Below, in pieces: positions 19,832 to 28,858 of a stretch of 64,000 nt of DNA (position 1 is its first letter; every line of letters starts with the position of its first letter). Where the stretch lies: positions 14,337 through 78,336 of the forward strand of contig CAYPNF010000033.1 of assembly GCA_964411985.1 (NCBI GenBank), given 5' to 3'. Origin of the DNA: an uncultured Verrucomicrobiota bacterium (GTDB lineage Bacteria; Verrucomicrobiota; Verrucomicrobiia; Limisphaerales; J093). The position numbers and the translations under genes were made by a program. Below the pieces are notes generated by a model. That model was not told where the DNA came from. It did no database searches and was given only the letters and a program-made list of their open reading frames with translations.

Positions 19832-21130
19832 ATGAAGAACCGATTGTATTTGGTGAGTCCATGGCTGGCGACCGTGGTCATGATTGAGTGGCTGCTCTGC
19901 TGGGCAGGGGTTTTCGCTCAGGAGCAAGTGCCTGGCATGGTGCTGGTTCCCGCCGGGACGTTCGAAATGGGCGACCATCACGGCTTCGTCGATCCCAAGC
20001 ACGGGGGTGACGAAACACCCATTCACACGGTGCGGCTCGATCCTTTCTATATGGGCATCTATCAGGTCACAACCAGGGAATACTGTGAGTTCTTGAATGC
20101 GGCGCTGGCATTGAAGCAGATCGAGGTGCGCGGGGATGGTGTTTACATGTTGGGCGGCAGCGACTTGCTTTGTGAAACACGCATCCAGTCCCCGTTCAGC
20201 CGGGTTGGATGGGACCAGAAGAGCTTCGCGTCATTGGACGGGAAGGGGAATCATCCCATCGTCTGCATCAGGTGGGCGGGAGCAGCAGCTTACTGCAACT
20301 GGCTGAGTGATCAAAAGAAGCTTCCCAGATGCTACGCTCAGGGAACCTGGGAATGTGACTTCAACAGAAGCGCTTTCCGTTTGCCGACCGAGGCGGAATG
20401 GGAGTACGCGGCGCGGGGTGGCCTGCAGAATCCCTATCGCAATTTCGCCTGGGGTGATGATCCCGATCACGCCAAAGCCAACTGGCCTGAGTCGAAGAAT
20501 CCCTTTCGTAGCGGTCCTCAGCCTTGGACTACCCCTGTTGGCTTCTTCAACGGTGAGCTGCGGCGAAAAGCCGATTTCGGGTGGCCCGGTCCCCAGGAGA
20601 CCTACCAGACTGCCAACGGTGTGAACGGGTATGGTCTTTACGACATGGCCGGCAACGTCTGGCAATTCGTCAACGACTGGTATGGGCGCGACTATTACGC
20701 GTACAGCCCGACCAACAACCCGCCGGGCCCAGCGAGTGGCAGCCTTATGCCCGACGGAAAGCCTTATCGCGGGATGCGGGGTGGCAACTGGTACAACGGT
20801 GAGAACGGCCACAGCCGCGTGTCCAACCGCAATCCCTCCTATTTTCGAGGACCTCAAGACCCAAACCATCCCTACTACCACCTTGGATTCCGAGTGGTGC
20901 TGCCGGTGGGGGCCGAGAGCCGACCCGTGATCAAAGCGACCCCGGTTCAACGCGTCCCCGGCCGAGGGGGCGAACCGGGTGGCCGCTCAGGCGGCGGCGG
21001 ACGTCGTCCCCGACCACAGGATGATGGTGCACAACCAAGGAATCGTCCCGATAATTCCGCTCCAGGGGAGCGTCCATCGCGCGATTCCAACCCGGCTCCA
21101 AGTGAACGCCGCCTGCCCGTTGATCCATGA
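19832..21130 (+). CDS. Secreted FGE-sulfatase (SUMF1) domain protein, probably non-catalytic
   Basis: VPAGTFEMG, RLPTEAEWEYAARGG, GLYDMAGNVWQ, RGGNW and GFRV; lacks the CxxxxC pair of true FGEs; Gly/Arg-rich tail. Confidence 0.88.
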   Translation: MKNRLYLVSPWLATVVMIEWLLCWAGVFAQEQVPGMVLVPAGTFEMGDHHGFVDPKHGGDETPIHTVRLDPFYMGIYQVTTREYCEFLNAALALKQIEVRGDGVYMLGGSDLLCETRIQSPFSRVGWDQKSFASLDGKGNHPIVCIRWAGAAAYCNWLSDQKKLPRCYAQGTWECDFNRSAFRLPTEAEWEYAARGGLQNPYRNFAWGDDPDHAKANWPESKNPFRSGPQPWTTPVGFFNGELRRKADFGWPGPQETYQTANGVNGYGLYDMAGNVWQFVNDWYGRDYYAYSPTNNPPGPASGSLMPDGKPYRGMRGGNWYNGENGHSRVSNRNPSYFRGPQDPNHPYYHLGFRVVLPVGAESRPVIKATPVQRVPGRGGEPGGRSGGGGRRPRPQDDGAQPRNRPDNSAPGERPSRDSNPAPSERRLPVDP

Positions 21131-21176
21131 ACCCATGCTCTTTTGAAAAACAAGCTGCGACAAACTGAATCATCTC

Positions 21177-22871
21177 ATGAAGAACCAGTATCCAACCAAA
21201 TTCACTACGGCCCGGAATGTCCTGTTCGCATGGCTAGTCGCCGGCACTCTTGTACAGTTCGCGCTGGCTCAAGAGCAACCCAATGACCGCCCGCGTCGTG
21301 GAGAGGGTCAGGGCCGAAACCAATCGGCAGGCCAAGGCGGAATGCGACAGGGTGAGGGCGGCGGTCGTCGTGAGATGGCGGAGAACAAGGTGCCAGTTTC
21401 GCCCAATCCCGGGCAGACCGTTGGCCTGTTTCTCAATACTCCGAAGGCGTTTACTGGCTATACACTGTTCGCCCCGAAGCACAACACCATCACCTACCTC
21501 ATGGACAACGAGGGGCGGGTTGTGCACCAGTGGAAGAGCGCCTACGAGCTTGGGCAATCCGCCTATCTGCTCCCAAACGGCCACCTCGTACGGGCCGGGA
21601 TGCTCCGAGTGCAGGGGGGCACCGGCGGCGGGGAAGGAGGCCGCATCGAGGAGTATGACTGGGAGGGTAACTTGGTCTGGGAGTTTAACCACGCCACCCG
21701 CGACTATCAGTTACACCATGATTTCAAGCCGATGCCCAACGGCCACATTCTGGCGCTGATGGTCGAGCGCAAGTCGCGCGAGGAGGCCATCGCTGCTGGG
21801 TTTGACGCCCGTCTTCTGCGTGACGAATTCCTCGTGCCCGACGCCGTAGTGGAAATCGAGCCGATTCTGCCCAAAGGCGGCCGCATTGTCTGGGAATGGC
21901 ACGTATGGGATCACTTGATTCAGAACTCCGACCGTACGAAAGCGAACTACGGCGAGGTGGCAGCGCATCCCGAGTTGGTGGATGTTGGCTGCAATGGGCG
22001 CGCGACGCCCGCATTTTGGAACCACATGAATTCCCTCGACTACAATCCTACGCTCGATCAGATCGTCCTCAGCGTTCGGGGATGTAACGAGATTTGGGTG
22101 CTGGACCATAGCACGACCACCAAGGAAGCGGCGAGCCACTCCGGTGGCAAACACGGGAAGGGCGGGGACCTGATTTATCGTTGGGGCAATCCGGCTGCTT
22201 ACGGGAGGGGAACCATGAGCGCCAAGCAACTGGTCCAGCAGCACGATGCCCAATGGATTCCCGAGGGTTATCCCGGCGCTGGCCACATCACCATCTTTAA
22301 CAATGGTTACGATCGCGGTTGGTCGAGCCTTGAGGAAATCGTCCCGCCGATGGATGCCAGCGGCCGCTACCTCCTCGAATCGGGCAAGGCCTACGGCCCG
22401 GACAAGCCCCTTTGGCACTATGAAGCCAAGAACCGAACCGACTTCTTTTCCTCGGAAATCTCGGGTGCACATCGCCTGCCCAATGGCAACACCCTGATCT
22501 GTGCCGGAGTCATCGGCCACCTGTTTGAGGTCACTCCGACCGGCGAAACGGTCTGGCAATACGTTAACCCGATGGTGAGGGGGGGGATCCTTGCCCAGGG
22601 AGAGAATCCAGGCAAGGATATGCGGGGCCACCTCTGGAACGCGGTCTTCAAGGCCCACCGATATGCGCCCGATTATCCTGGCCTCGCCGGCCGCGACCTG
22701 ACCCCGAAAGGTGTTATTGAACTGCCCGCTTCGGAGAAGGGGAAAACCGGTCTCGACAACATGACGGAGCAGCAGCGCAACGATCGTGGTCCTGGCGGCC
22801 AGCGGGGCGGGGAGGGACGAGGCGATGGGCAACGCCGTGGTGGAGGACAGCGGCAGGGGCAAGGTTCTTGA
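21177..22871 (+). CDS. Aryl-sulfate sulfotransferase (ASST) family, copy 1
   Basis: Signal peptide; LHHDF, WNHMNS, LSVR, QQHDAQW and HRLPNGNTLI beta-propeller motifs. Confidence 0.85.
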   Translation: MKNQYPTKFTTARNVLFAWLVAGTLVQFALAQEQPNDRPRRGEGQGRNQSAGQGGMRQGEGGGRREMAENKVPVSPNPGQTVGLFLNTPKAFTGYTLFAPKHNTITYLMDNEGRVVHQWKSAYELGQSAYLLPNGHLVRAGMLRVQGGTGGGEGGRIEEYDWEGNLVWEFNHATRDYQLHHDFKPMPNGHILALMVERKSREEAIAAGFDARLLRDEFLVPDAVVEIEPILPKGGRIVWEWHVWDHLIQNSDRTKANYGEVAAHPELVDVGCNGRATPAFWNHMNSLDYNPTLDQIVLSVRGCNEIWVLDHSTTTKEAASHSGGKHGKGGDLIYRWGNPAAYGRGTMSAKQLVQQHDAQWIPEGYPGAGHITIFNNGYDRGWSSLEEIVPPMDASGRYLLESGKAYGPDKPLWHYEAKNRTDFFSSEISGAHRLPNGNTLICAGVIGHLFEVTPTGETVWQYVNPMVRGGILAQGENPGKDMRGHLWNAVFKAHRYAPDYPGLAGRDLTPKGVIELPASEKGKTGLDNMTEQQRNDRGPGGQRGGEGRGDGQRRGGGQRQGQGS

Positions 22872-24337
22872 GATCAGCGGTCGCCCCGATAAGCATCAAC
22901 AATACCAAGATGCCTTTCTCAAGAACACTCCGCACCCTGGCCCTGCTGGCTGCCGCTGCGTTACTACTCAATATAGAGTCTGGACACGCCGCTCCCTCTC
23001 AGCGACCCAGCTTCATCGTGATCCTTGGCGAGGGCGCGGGTTGGACTAGCACCTCGGTGCAGATGGACGAAAGCAATCCCGCCTCGAAAGGCGCCGGTAT
23101 CAAGACGCCCAACCTTGAACGGCTCGCCGCCAGCGGCATGCGATTCTCGGACGGCTACGCACCCTCGCCACGCTGCACGCCCTCCCGCGCAGCACTGCTC
23201 ACAGGTCGCAGTCCGGCAGCCTTGCACATGACCTTCATTGGGGAGGGCGGGAGGCGCGGTTCTGACGAACCCAAGACCCGGGTCCTCCCGCCCCGTGCTT
23301 TGCTCGAACTGCCCGAAGCTGAAACCACCATCGGCGAGTTGCTCAAGCGGGCGGGCTACGCTACGGCGCACTATGGCAAATGGCATCTTGGTCGTGTGCA
23401 TCCGTCCAGGCACGGCTTCGATGAAAGCGACGGTCCTACCGGAAATGGGGGTCCCGAGAATGTCGCCAACCCGAACCCCAAGCAGGCACTCGCAATGACG
23501 GCGCGCGGCATCGAATTCATGGAACGACAGGTGAAAGCCGGCCGACCGTTCTACCTCCAGTTGTCGCACTATCCGAGCCAGGAGGAGAAGGGGGGTGTTA
23601 GGATCCGTGGGGTGGACAATCGGAACGAAGAAATCAGCATCTTGGACCAGACCCTTGGGCAGATCCTCGACGCAGTGGAACGGTTTGGGCTTAAAGAGAG
23701 CGCCTATGTGATTTACACCACTGACCACGGTGCGCCGGGCCGGAACCCACCACTCGCTGGCGGCAAGGGCACCGTTGGGGAAGGGGGCCTTCGCGTCCCG
23801 TTCATCGTGGCCGGACCCGGCATCAAGGCTGGCGCGTGTTCGTACGTGCGGGTGAGCGCGACGGATTTGTTTCCCACCTTCGCGGAATTGGCTGGAATCA
23901 CCGAACTGCTCCCCAGGGCTCTCGAGGGCGGCAGCTTTGTGCCATTGTTGATGAATGGCGGCATGGGCTCGGTGCAACGGCCGCGCGAGGAGTTCGTCGT
24001 CCACTTTCCTCACTATGACAAGGATCCAATCGGACCTGCCTCCGCCCTGATTCTGGGGGACTTCAAGCTCATCCGTGTTTACGAGAGTCGGGCGCTCCGC
24101 CTGTTTGATTTGTCCCAGGACATCGGTGAACGAAACGATTTGTCGAAACAGATGCCAGACAAGGCGGCCGAACTGGATCTTCGGCTTGCTGATTACCTGA
24201 AGGCCGTGAATGCCCAAATGCCTTCCCTCAACCCCAACTATGATCCCAAGCAGGATGCCAACACGTTGACCGGGGAAACACGCAATGGCGGGGGCAAGCG
24301 TGGTGGCGGCGGGAAAGTCGGCAGAGCAACTCAATGA
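22868..24337 (+). CDS. Secreted Cys-type sulfatase
   Basis: CTPSRAALLTG (CxPxR), GKWHLG, TDHG and GKG...EGGLRVP; alternative start ATG 22910. Confidence 0.93.
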   Translation: MRSAVAPISINNTKMPFSRTLRTLALLAAAALLLNIESGHAAPSQRPSFIVILGEGAGWTSTSVQMDESNPASKGAGIKTPNLERLAASGMRFSDGYAPSPRCTPSRAALLTGRSPAALHMTFIGEGGRRGSDEPKTRVLPPRALLELPEAETTIGELLKRAGYATAHYGKWHLGRVHPSRHGFDESDGPTGNGGPENVANPNPKQALAMTARGIEFMERQVKAGRPFYLQLSHYPSQEEKGGVRIRGVDNRNEEISILDQTLGQILDAVERFGLKESAYVIYTTDHGAPGRNPPLAGGKGTVGEGGLRVPFIVAGPGIKAGACSYVRVSATDLFPTFAELAGITELLPRALEGGSFVPLLMNGGMGSVQRPREEFVVHFPHYDKDPIGPASALILGDFKLIRVYESRALRLFDLSQDIGERNDLSKQMPDKAAELDLRLADYLKAVNAQMPSLNPNYDPKQDANTLTGETRNGGGKRGGGGKVGRATQ

Positions 24338-25893
24338 AAGTATACCGCAAAACAAGGCCAGCCTCTGCCAGTTGTCTCGTGTTCAGCCTGCTGCTGGCGG
24401 TGGTGTTTCAGACCCTTGGCCAATCCGACCATTCTCCGCGCGGGCCAGCTCAGGGCGGTGGCGAGGGAGAGAAGGGAGGCCGAGTCGCTGGCGAGCGCAC
24501 CCCTCGTAAAGGTGGCGGATCGAAGCAACCCGTTCAGACCTCTACTGGCAGCGATGTCGAGGTCCACCCGTTTGATCTGATCCTGGGTCGTCCCACTCTG
24601 GACTCAGTCACGGTCAGCGTTCTCTGCTACGAGGACACTGAAGGCAGCCTCGCCTACGGAACGCAGTCGGGCAAACTTGCCAGCACCACCCCCGCGCGCT
24701 TTTTCAAGAAGGGTGAATCGGCCGAAATCACTTTGACCTCTCTTCAGGGCAATACACGCTACTTCTACCAGTTCCTTGGCGGAGCAACGAATAGTGCCGA
24801 ATTCACTTTCCATACGGCCCGTCCGCCGGGTGGTGCTTTCACCTTTCCCGTCACGGCGGACTCGCACCTGGACGAACGCACCGACCCCGCGCTCTACCAA
24901 CTCACCCTGGCGAACGCGCTTGCGGACCTACCGGACTTTCACATTGATCTCGGTGATACCTTCATGACCGAGAAACACCCAAACCGCGAAACTGCTACAA
25001 AGCAGTACCTCGCGCAGCGCTACTACTTCGGCCAACTCAGCCACTCTGCGCCCTTGTTTCTGGTGCTCGGTAATCACGATGGGGAAAGTCCGCGCATCGG
25101 GGAGGGCGGCACCGATAGTCTCGCCGTGTGGTCGAACTCCATGCGGAAACGGTTGTTTTCCAATCCCATTCCCGACCCATTTTACTCGGGCAACCTCCAG
25201 AGTCATCCGGTTGCCGGCCTGTTGCAGGATTACTATGCGTGGGCGTGGGGGGATGCGTTGTTCGTTGTCCTCGATCCGTTCTGGTTCACTCAAAAGCAAC
25301 GCGGCCAAAGTGACCGATGGAAACGCACCCTGGGAGCGGAACAGTATCAATGGCTGAAACGTACGCTTGAAGCAAGCAGAGCACGATGGAAGTTCGTTTT
25401 CGTCCATAACCTCGTCGGCGGTGCGGATGAGCAGAGCCGCGGTGGGGTGGAGGCTGTACCCTTCTACGAATGGGGTGGAATGAATGCGGACGGAACTTCT
25501 GGCTTTAAGGAGAATCGACCTGGTTGGGCGGTGCCAATTCATCAACTGCTCCTACAGCACACCGTGAACATCGTTTTTCATGGCCACGACCACTTGTACG
25601 CCAGGCAGGAGCTTGATGGGATCGTTTATCAGGAAGTGCCCCAACCAGGTTACCCCGGCAATGGTCGGGCGCCCCGTTCGGCAGCCGAATACGGTTATCG
25701 TAACGGGGTGATGCTTGGCAGTTCCGGGTATGTCCGGGTGAGTGTGTCCGCGCCCGAAGTCGTCGTCGACTATGTCCGCTCCTCTCTTAGGCACAACGAA
25801 ACCTCCGAGCGGACAAATCGACAAATTGCGCATTCCTATACAATCACTGGCAGCGGAAAATGCACTACCGCTCCGCAAGTGCCCACACGATGA
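24334..25893 (+). CDS. Secreted calcineurin-like/purple acid phosphatase-type metallophosphoesterase
   Basis: Signal peptide, FN3-like N-terminal domain, ADSH, DLGD, GNHD and GHDH motifs. Confidence 0.88.
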   Translation: MKVYRKTRPASASCLVFSLLLAVVFQTLGQSDHSPRGPAQGGGEGEKGGRVAGERTPRKGGGSKQPVQTSTGSDVEVHPFDLILGRPTLDSVTVSVLCYEDTEGSLAYGTQSGKLASTTPARFFKKGESAEITLTSLQGNTRYFYQFLGGATNSAEFTFHTARPPGGAFTFPVTADSHLDERTDPALYQLTLANALADLPDFHIDLGDTFMTEKHPNRETATKQYLAQRYYFGQLSHSAPLFLVLGNHDGESPRIGEGGTDSLAVWSNSMRKRLFSNPIPDPFYSGNLQSHPVAGLLQDYYAWAWGDALFVVLDPFWFTQKQRGQSDRWKRTLGAEQYQWLKRTLEASRARWKFVFVHNLVGGADEQSRGGVEAVPFYEWGGMNADGTSGFKENRPGWAVPIHQLLLQHTVNIVFHGHDHLYARQELDGIVYQEVPQPGYPGNGRAPRSAAEYGYRNGVMLGSSGYVRVSVSAPEVVVDYVRSSLRHNETSERTNRQIAHSYTITGSGKCTTAPQVPTR

Positions 25894-27473
25894 ACATCAT
25901 AGATCCTATTCTGGTCCTTGGTGCCCTTGTGGCCACCTCAGCCATTGCTTACGAACGCCTGCAAGGTCCCACTGAACTCCTGTTGTACGACAAAGAAAAG
26001 TCGTACGATGGTTATACGCTTTTCGGTGTCGGTAGCCGCACCTACTTGCTGGACATGGAAGGCCGTGTCGTTCACACGTGGCCGATCGGGACCAACCCGC
26101 ACCTGCTGGATAACGGGAATATCGTGGACGCGACAAAGGACGACCCAAGCGGTTCGCCGGGATTCCGCGAAGTGGACTGGGATGGCAAAACAGTATGGGA
26201 ATACACGGAGAAGCGCGAAGGTTACTTCCCCCATCACGATTGGGTGCGTATCTTCAACAAGAAGCTCAACGCACCCACCACCCTCTACATCGCCAACAAA
26301 TCCATCACCCACGACCAGGCCATCGCTGCGGGCGCTGATCCAGGCAAAGGTCCCTATCGCGAAGGTCAGATGGACGCGGTGGTAGAGGTGGACATGCAAG
26401 GCAACGTGGTGTGGGAATGGTGGTTTTTCGATCATGTCGTGCAGGATCTGGACCCGGCGAAGGGGAACTATGTGGGCGAGGGGAAGACAGTCGCTCATTA
26501 CCCCGGTCGGATCAACATCAACCTGCCTGGCCGCCCGCTGAAACGAGATTGGCTTCACTGCAACTCCATGGACTACAATCCCGAGTTGGGGCACGTGGTG
26601 ATCAATTCCGTGCAGGGCGAACTCTATGTCGTCGATCACGACGGCACGTTCGTAGCCGGAGATGCGAAGGCCAGCATCGCCCTGGCCGCCGGCCCGGCGG
26701 GGGATTTTCTCTATCGTTTCGGTGATCCGGCACGCTATCGGCAAGGGGATCCGCCGAGAGTCTTGGAGAACTGGGACTCGGCGACGTCAGGCCACAAACA
26801 GATGGGCGGGGCGCATGACGTGCACTGGATCCGCTCCGGTTTGCCAGGCGCGGGCCACCTGATGGTGTTCAACAATGGGCAGTACCTCTTTCAGCGCACT
26901 CCCCAATCCTCCGCCTTGGAAATCAACCCATTTCTCGATGCGAGCGGACGTGACACCGGTAAGTACGTCAACCCGCCCGACGCGGGCTATGGCCGTGAAA
27001 CCTATGATAAGGATACGCACAATCTGCCTCGGCAGGTCTCCAAACAGATCGTTTGGAGCTACCGATCGGTGAATAGCCACGGATTCTTCAGCCACATTGG
27101 ATCCAGTGCTCAGCGCCTCCCCAACGGCAACACCTTTCTCTGCTCCGATACCGAAGGGCACTTCTTCGAAGTCACCGCCGAAGGAAAGGTCGTCTGGGAA
27201 TACATCAACCCCGTCACCCGCGACGGTGCGGTGAAGGTGCTGGGTGACTCCCTCCCCATGGTCAACTCGGTGTTTCGGGCTTATCGCCTTGGCAAAGATC
27301 ACCCTGCGTTGAAGGGCCGCGAGTTAACGCCCAAGGGAACCATTACCGAGCGAGCCGCCCAAGGCCTTGATGCGGGGCCGAAGCGGCGTTCGCCAGGAGA
27401 TCGCCCGCCGGGAGGGAATAGCGACCGGCGAGAGCGGCGTGGGGCGGGTGGGGGACGAGGAGGCGCTGAGTGA
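25890..27473 (+). CDS. Aryl-sulfate sulfotransferase family, copy 2
   Basis: PHHDW, WLHCNS, GAHDVHW and QRLPNGNT; clear paralog of 21177..22871; ATGA-coupled. Confidence 0.83.
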   Translation: MNIIDPILVLGALVATSAIAYERLQGPTELLLYDKEKSYDGYTLFGVGSRTYLLDMEGRVVHTWPIGTNPHLLDNGNIVDATKDDPSGSPGFREVDWDGKTVWEYTEKREGYFPHHDWVRIFNKKLNAPTTLYIANKSITHDQAIAAGADPGKGPYREGQMDAVVEVDMQGNVVWEWWFFDHVVQDLDPAKGNYVGEGKTVAHYPGRININLPGRPLKRDWLHCNSMDYNPELGHVVINSVQGELYVVDHDGTFVAGDAKASIALAAGPAGDFLYRFGDPARYRQGDPPRVLENWDSATSGHKQMGGAHDVHWIRSGLPGAGHLMVFNNGQYLFQRTPQSSALEINPFLDASGRDTGKYVNPPDAGYGRETYDKDTHNLPRQVSKQIVWSYRSVNSHGFFSHIGSSAQRLPNGNTFLCSDTEGHFFEVTAEGKVVWEYINPVTRDGAVKVLGDSLPMVNSVFRAYRLGKDHPALKGRELTPKGTITERAAQGLDAGPKRRSPGDRPPGGNSDRRERRGAGGGRGGAE

Positions 27474-27676
27474 GGTTTGGTATGGGACATTTTGACCGGC
27501 ACCCAATTCTGACGGTAGTGCATGACCTGGTAGGTCAGGGGAGCAGCAAGGTAAAGCGCCCAAGCTTCGTCGTGCTCCTTGGGGGGGCCAGGGCTGGGGC
27601 AGTACCTCGGTCCAAATGGACGAGAGGAATCCGGAGTCGAAGAGCAGTCATCTACTGCTATCCGAATCTCGAACAA

Positions 27677-28555
27677 CTCAAGACCCGATTTGGTACCAAG
27701 GCGGGTTTGCTGCTAAAACCCGACTAACTCCCTGGACTACCCTACTTTGGGGCTGAGTGGTCGGCTTATACCAACCGGGTACGGCCTAAGACCCTAGCCG
27801 CCACGAACGACACCGCCATGTTCATGGACTTTGTGAGGTTCCTGGACTCTGCGGAAGATGCTCAATTCCAGGCGGAGGTGACTGAGTACGTCGATGTGGA
27901 TGCGTATCTTCGGTTCTTGGCTCTGGAGGCCTTGCTCTCCAACTTGGACAGTCCCCTGATGACGAGCCAGAACTATTACCTGTATTTGCACCCAAAGACC
28001 CGCCGGTTTGTCTGGGTGCCATGGGACTTGAACGAGCCTTTTGGGGGCTTCGGCCCAGCTGGCAATGCCACGGAACAGGCTAACTTAAGTTTGGACCAAC
28101 CTTTCACGCGTGTGAACCGGTTCGCAGGACGGATGCTGCAGAAGCCCGGCGTCATGGAGCGTTACCACGAGATCTTGCGCAGCCTGCTCGCCGATCATTT
28201 CAATGCTGCCCGAATCTTTCCTGTGATCGATGCAATCGCCAGGACGATTCGCCCCGCGTTGACGGATGACTCGATGGTCTCCATGAACCAGTTTGAAGCA
28301 GCGCTTTCGCAGTCGAGCGCGCCCGAAACTGTGGCAGGAAGCGTCGTAAAGACTTCCGAGGAGAGGCCCCCGGATCCGGGAGCCCCCGGTGGCTCAAGCA
28401 GGTCTCGGCCTGCTCTCAAGGCGTTCATCGACCAGCGTGTCCACTCAGCGATGCTGCAATTGGAAGGAAAGATGAACGGATTGGTGCCACGGGAGGTCGG
28501 ACCGCGCCCTGGGGGGCCTAGACCTGTGGCCTCGCCACCTACCAATGCTCCGTAG
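27677..28555 (+). pseudogene. CotH kinase family pseudogene (5' truncated, in-frame TAA at 27725-27727)
   Basis: LKTRFGTKAGLLLKPD*LPGLPYFG continues in frame into ORF 27818, which carries NLDS...NYYLY...WVPWDLNEPFG. Confidence 0.8.
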
Positions 28556-28858
28556 ACCAGGCAGGGGTAGCAAGAGTTGGGTGGGTAAGGCCAGTTGGTT
28601 GGCACGTGTCTGGTTTTATCGTGAGGTTGTTGTTCGTGCGTTCTGTTATCTTCTGGAAGTCGACCGCTTGCCGGTCGAGGTGGAGAGTGAGTCGATGGGT
28701 GCCCGGACGGGCATAATCTCCCTTTTCAGCCTTTCAAAAACCTGTTTCGATGAACTCATGGCGACGACGCTGCCCAACGACGGCTTTTCAACCCCATAGC
28801 CATGATGGATTCCCCTCTGCACCCCCCGGCGCTGCTGGTTAAGTGGGAGTTGCTTCGA

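Noticed and set aside
19832-21130. FGE-sulfatase gene as a diversity-generating retroelement target
   Set aside because: No reverse transcriptase and no template-repeat copy of its 3' region seen in the window.
9515-22586. G8 tracts (9515-9522, 22579-22586) as phase-variation switches
   Set aside because: Short, in frame within Gly codons and expected at this GC content.
21711-24355. Long antisense ORFs (21711-22862, 22964-24355; also 53181-54596 and 57066-58136)
   Set aside because: Shadow frames of well-supported GC-rich genes with no recognisable motifs.
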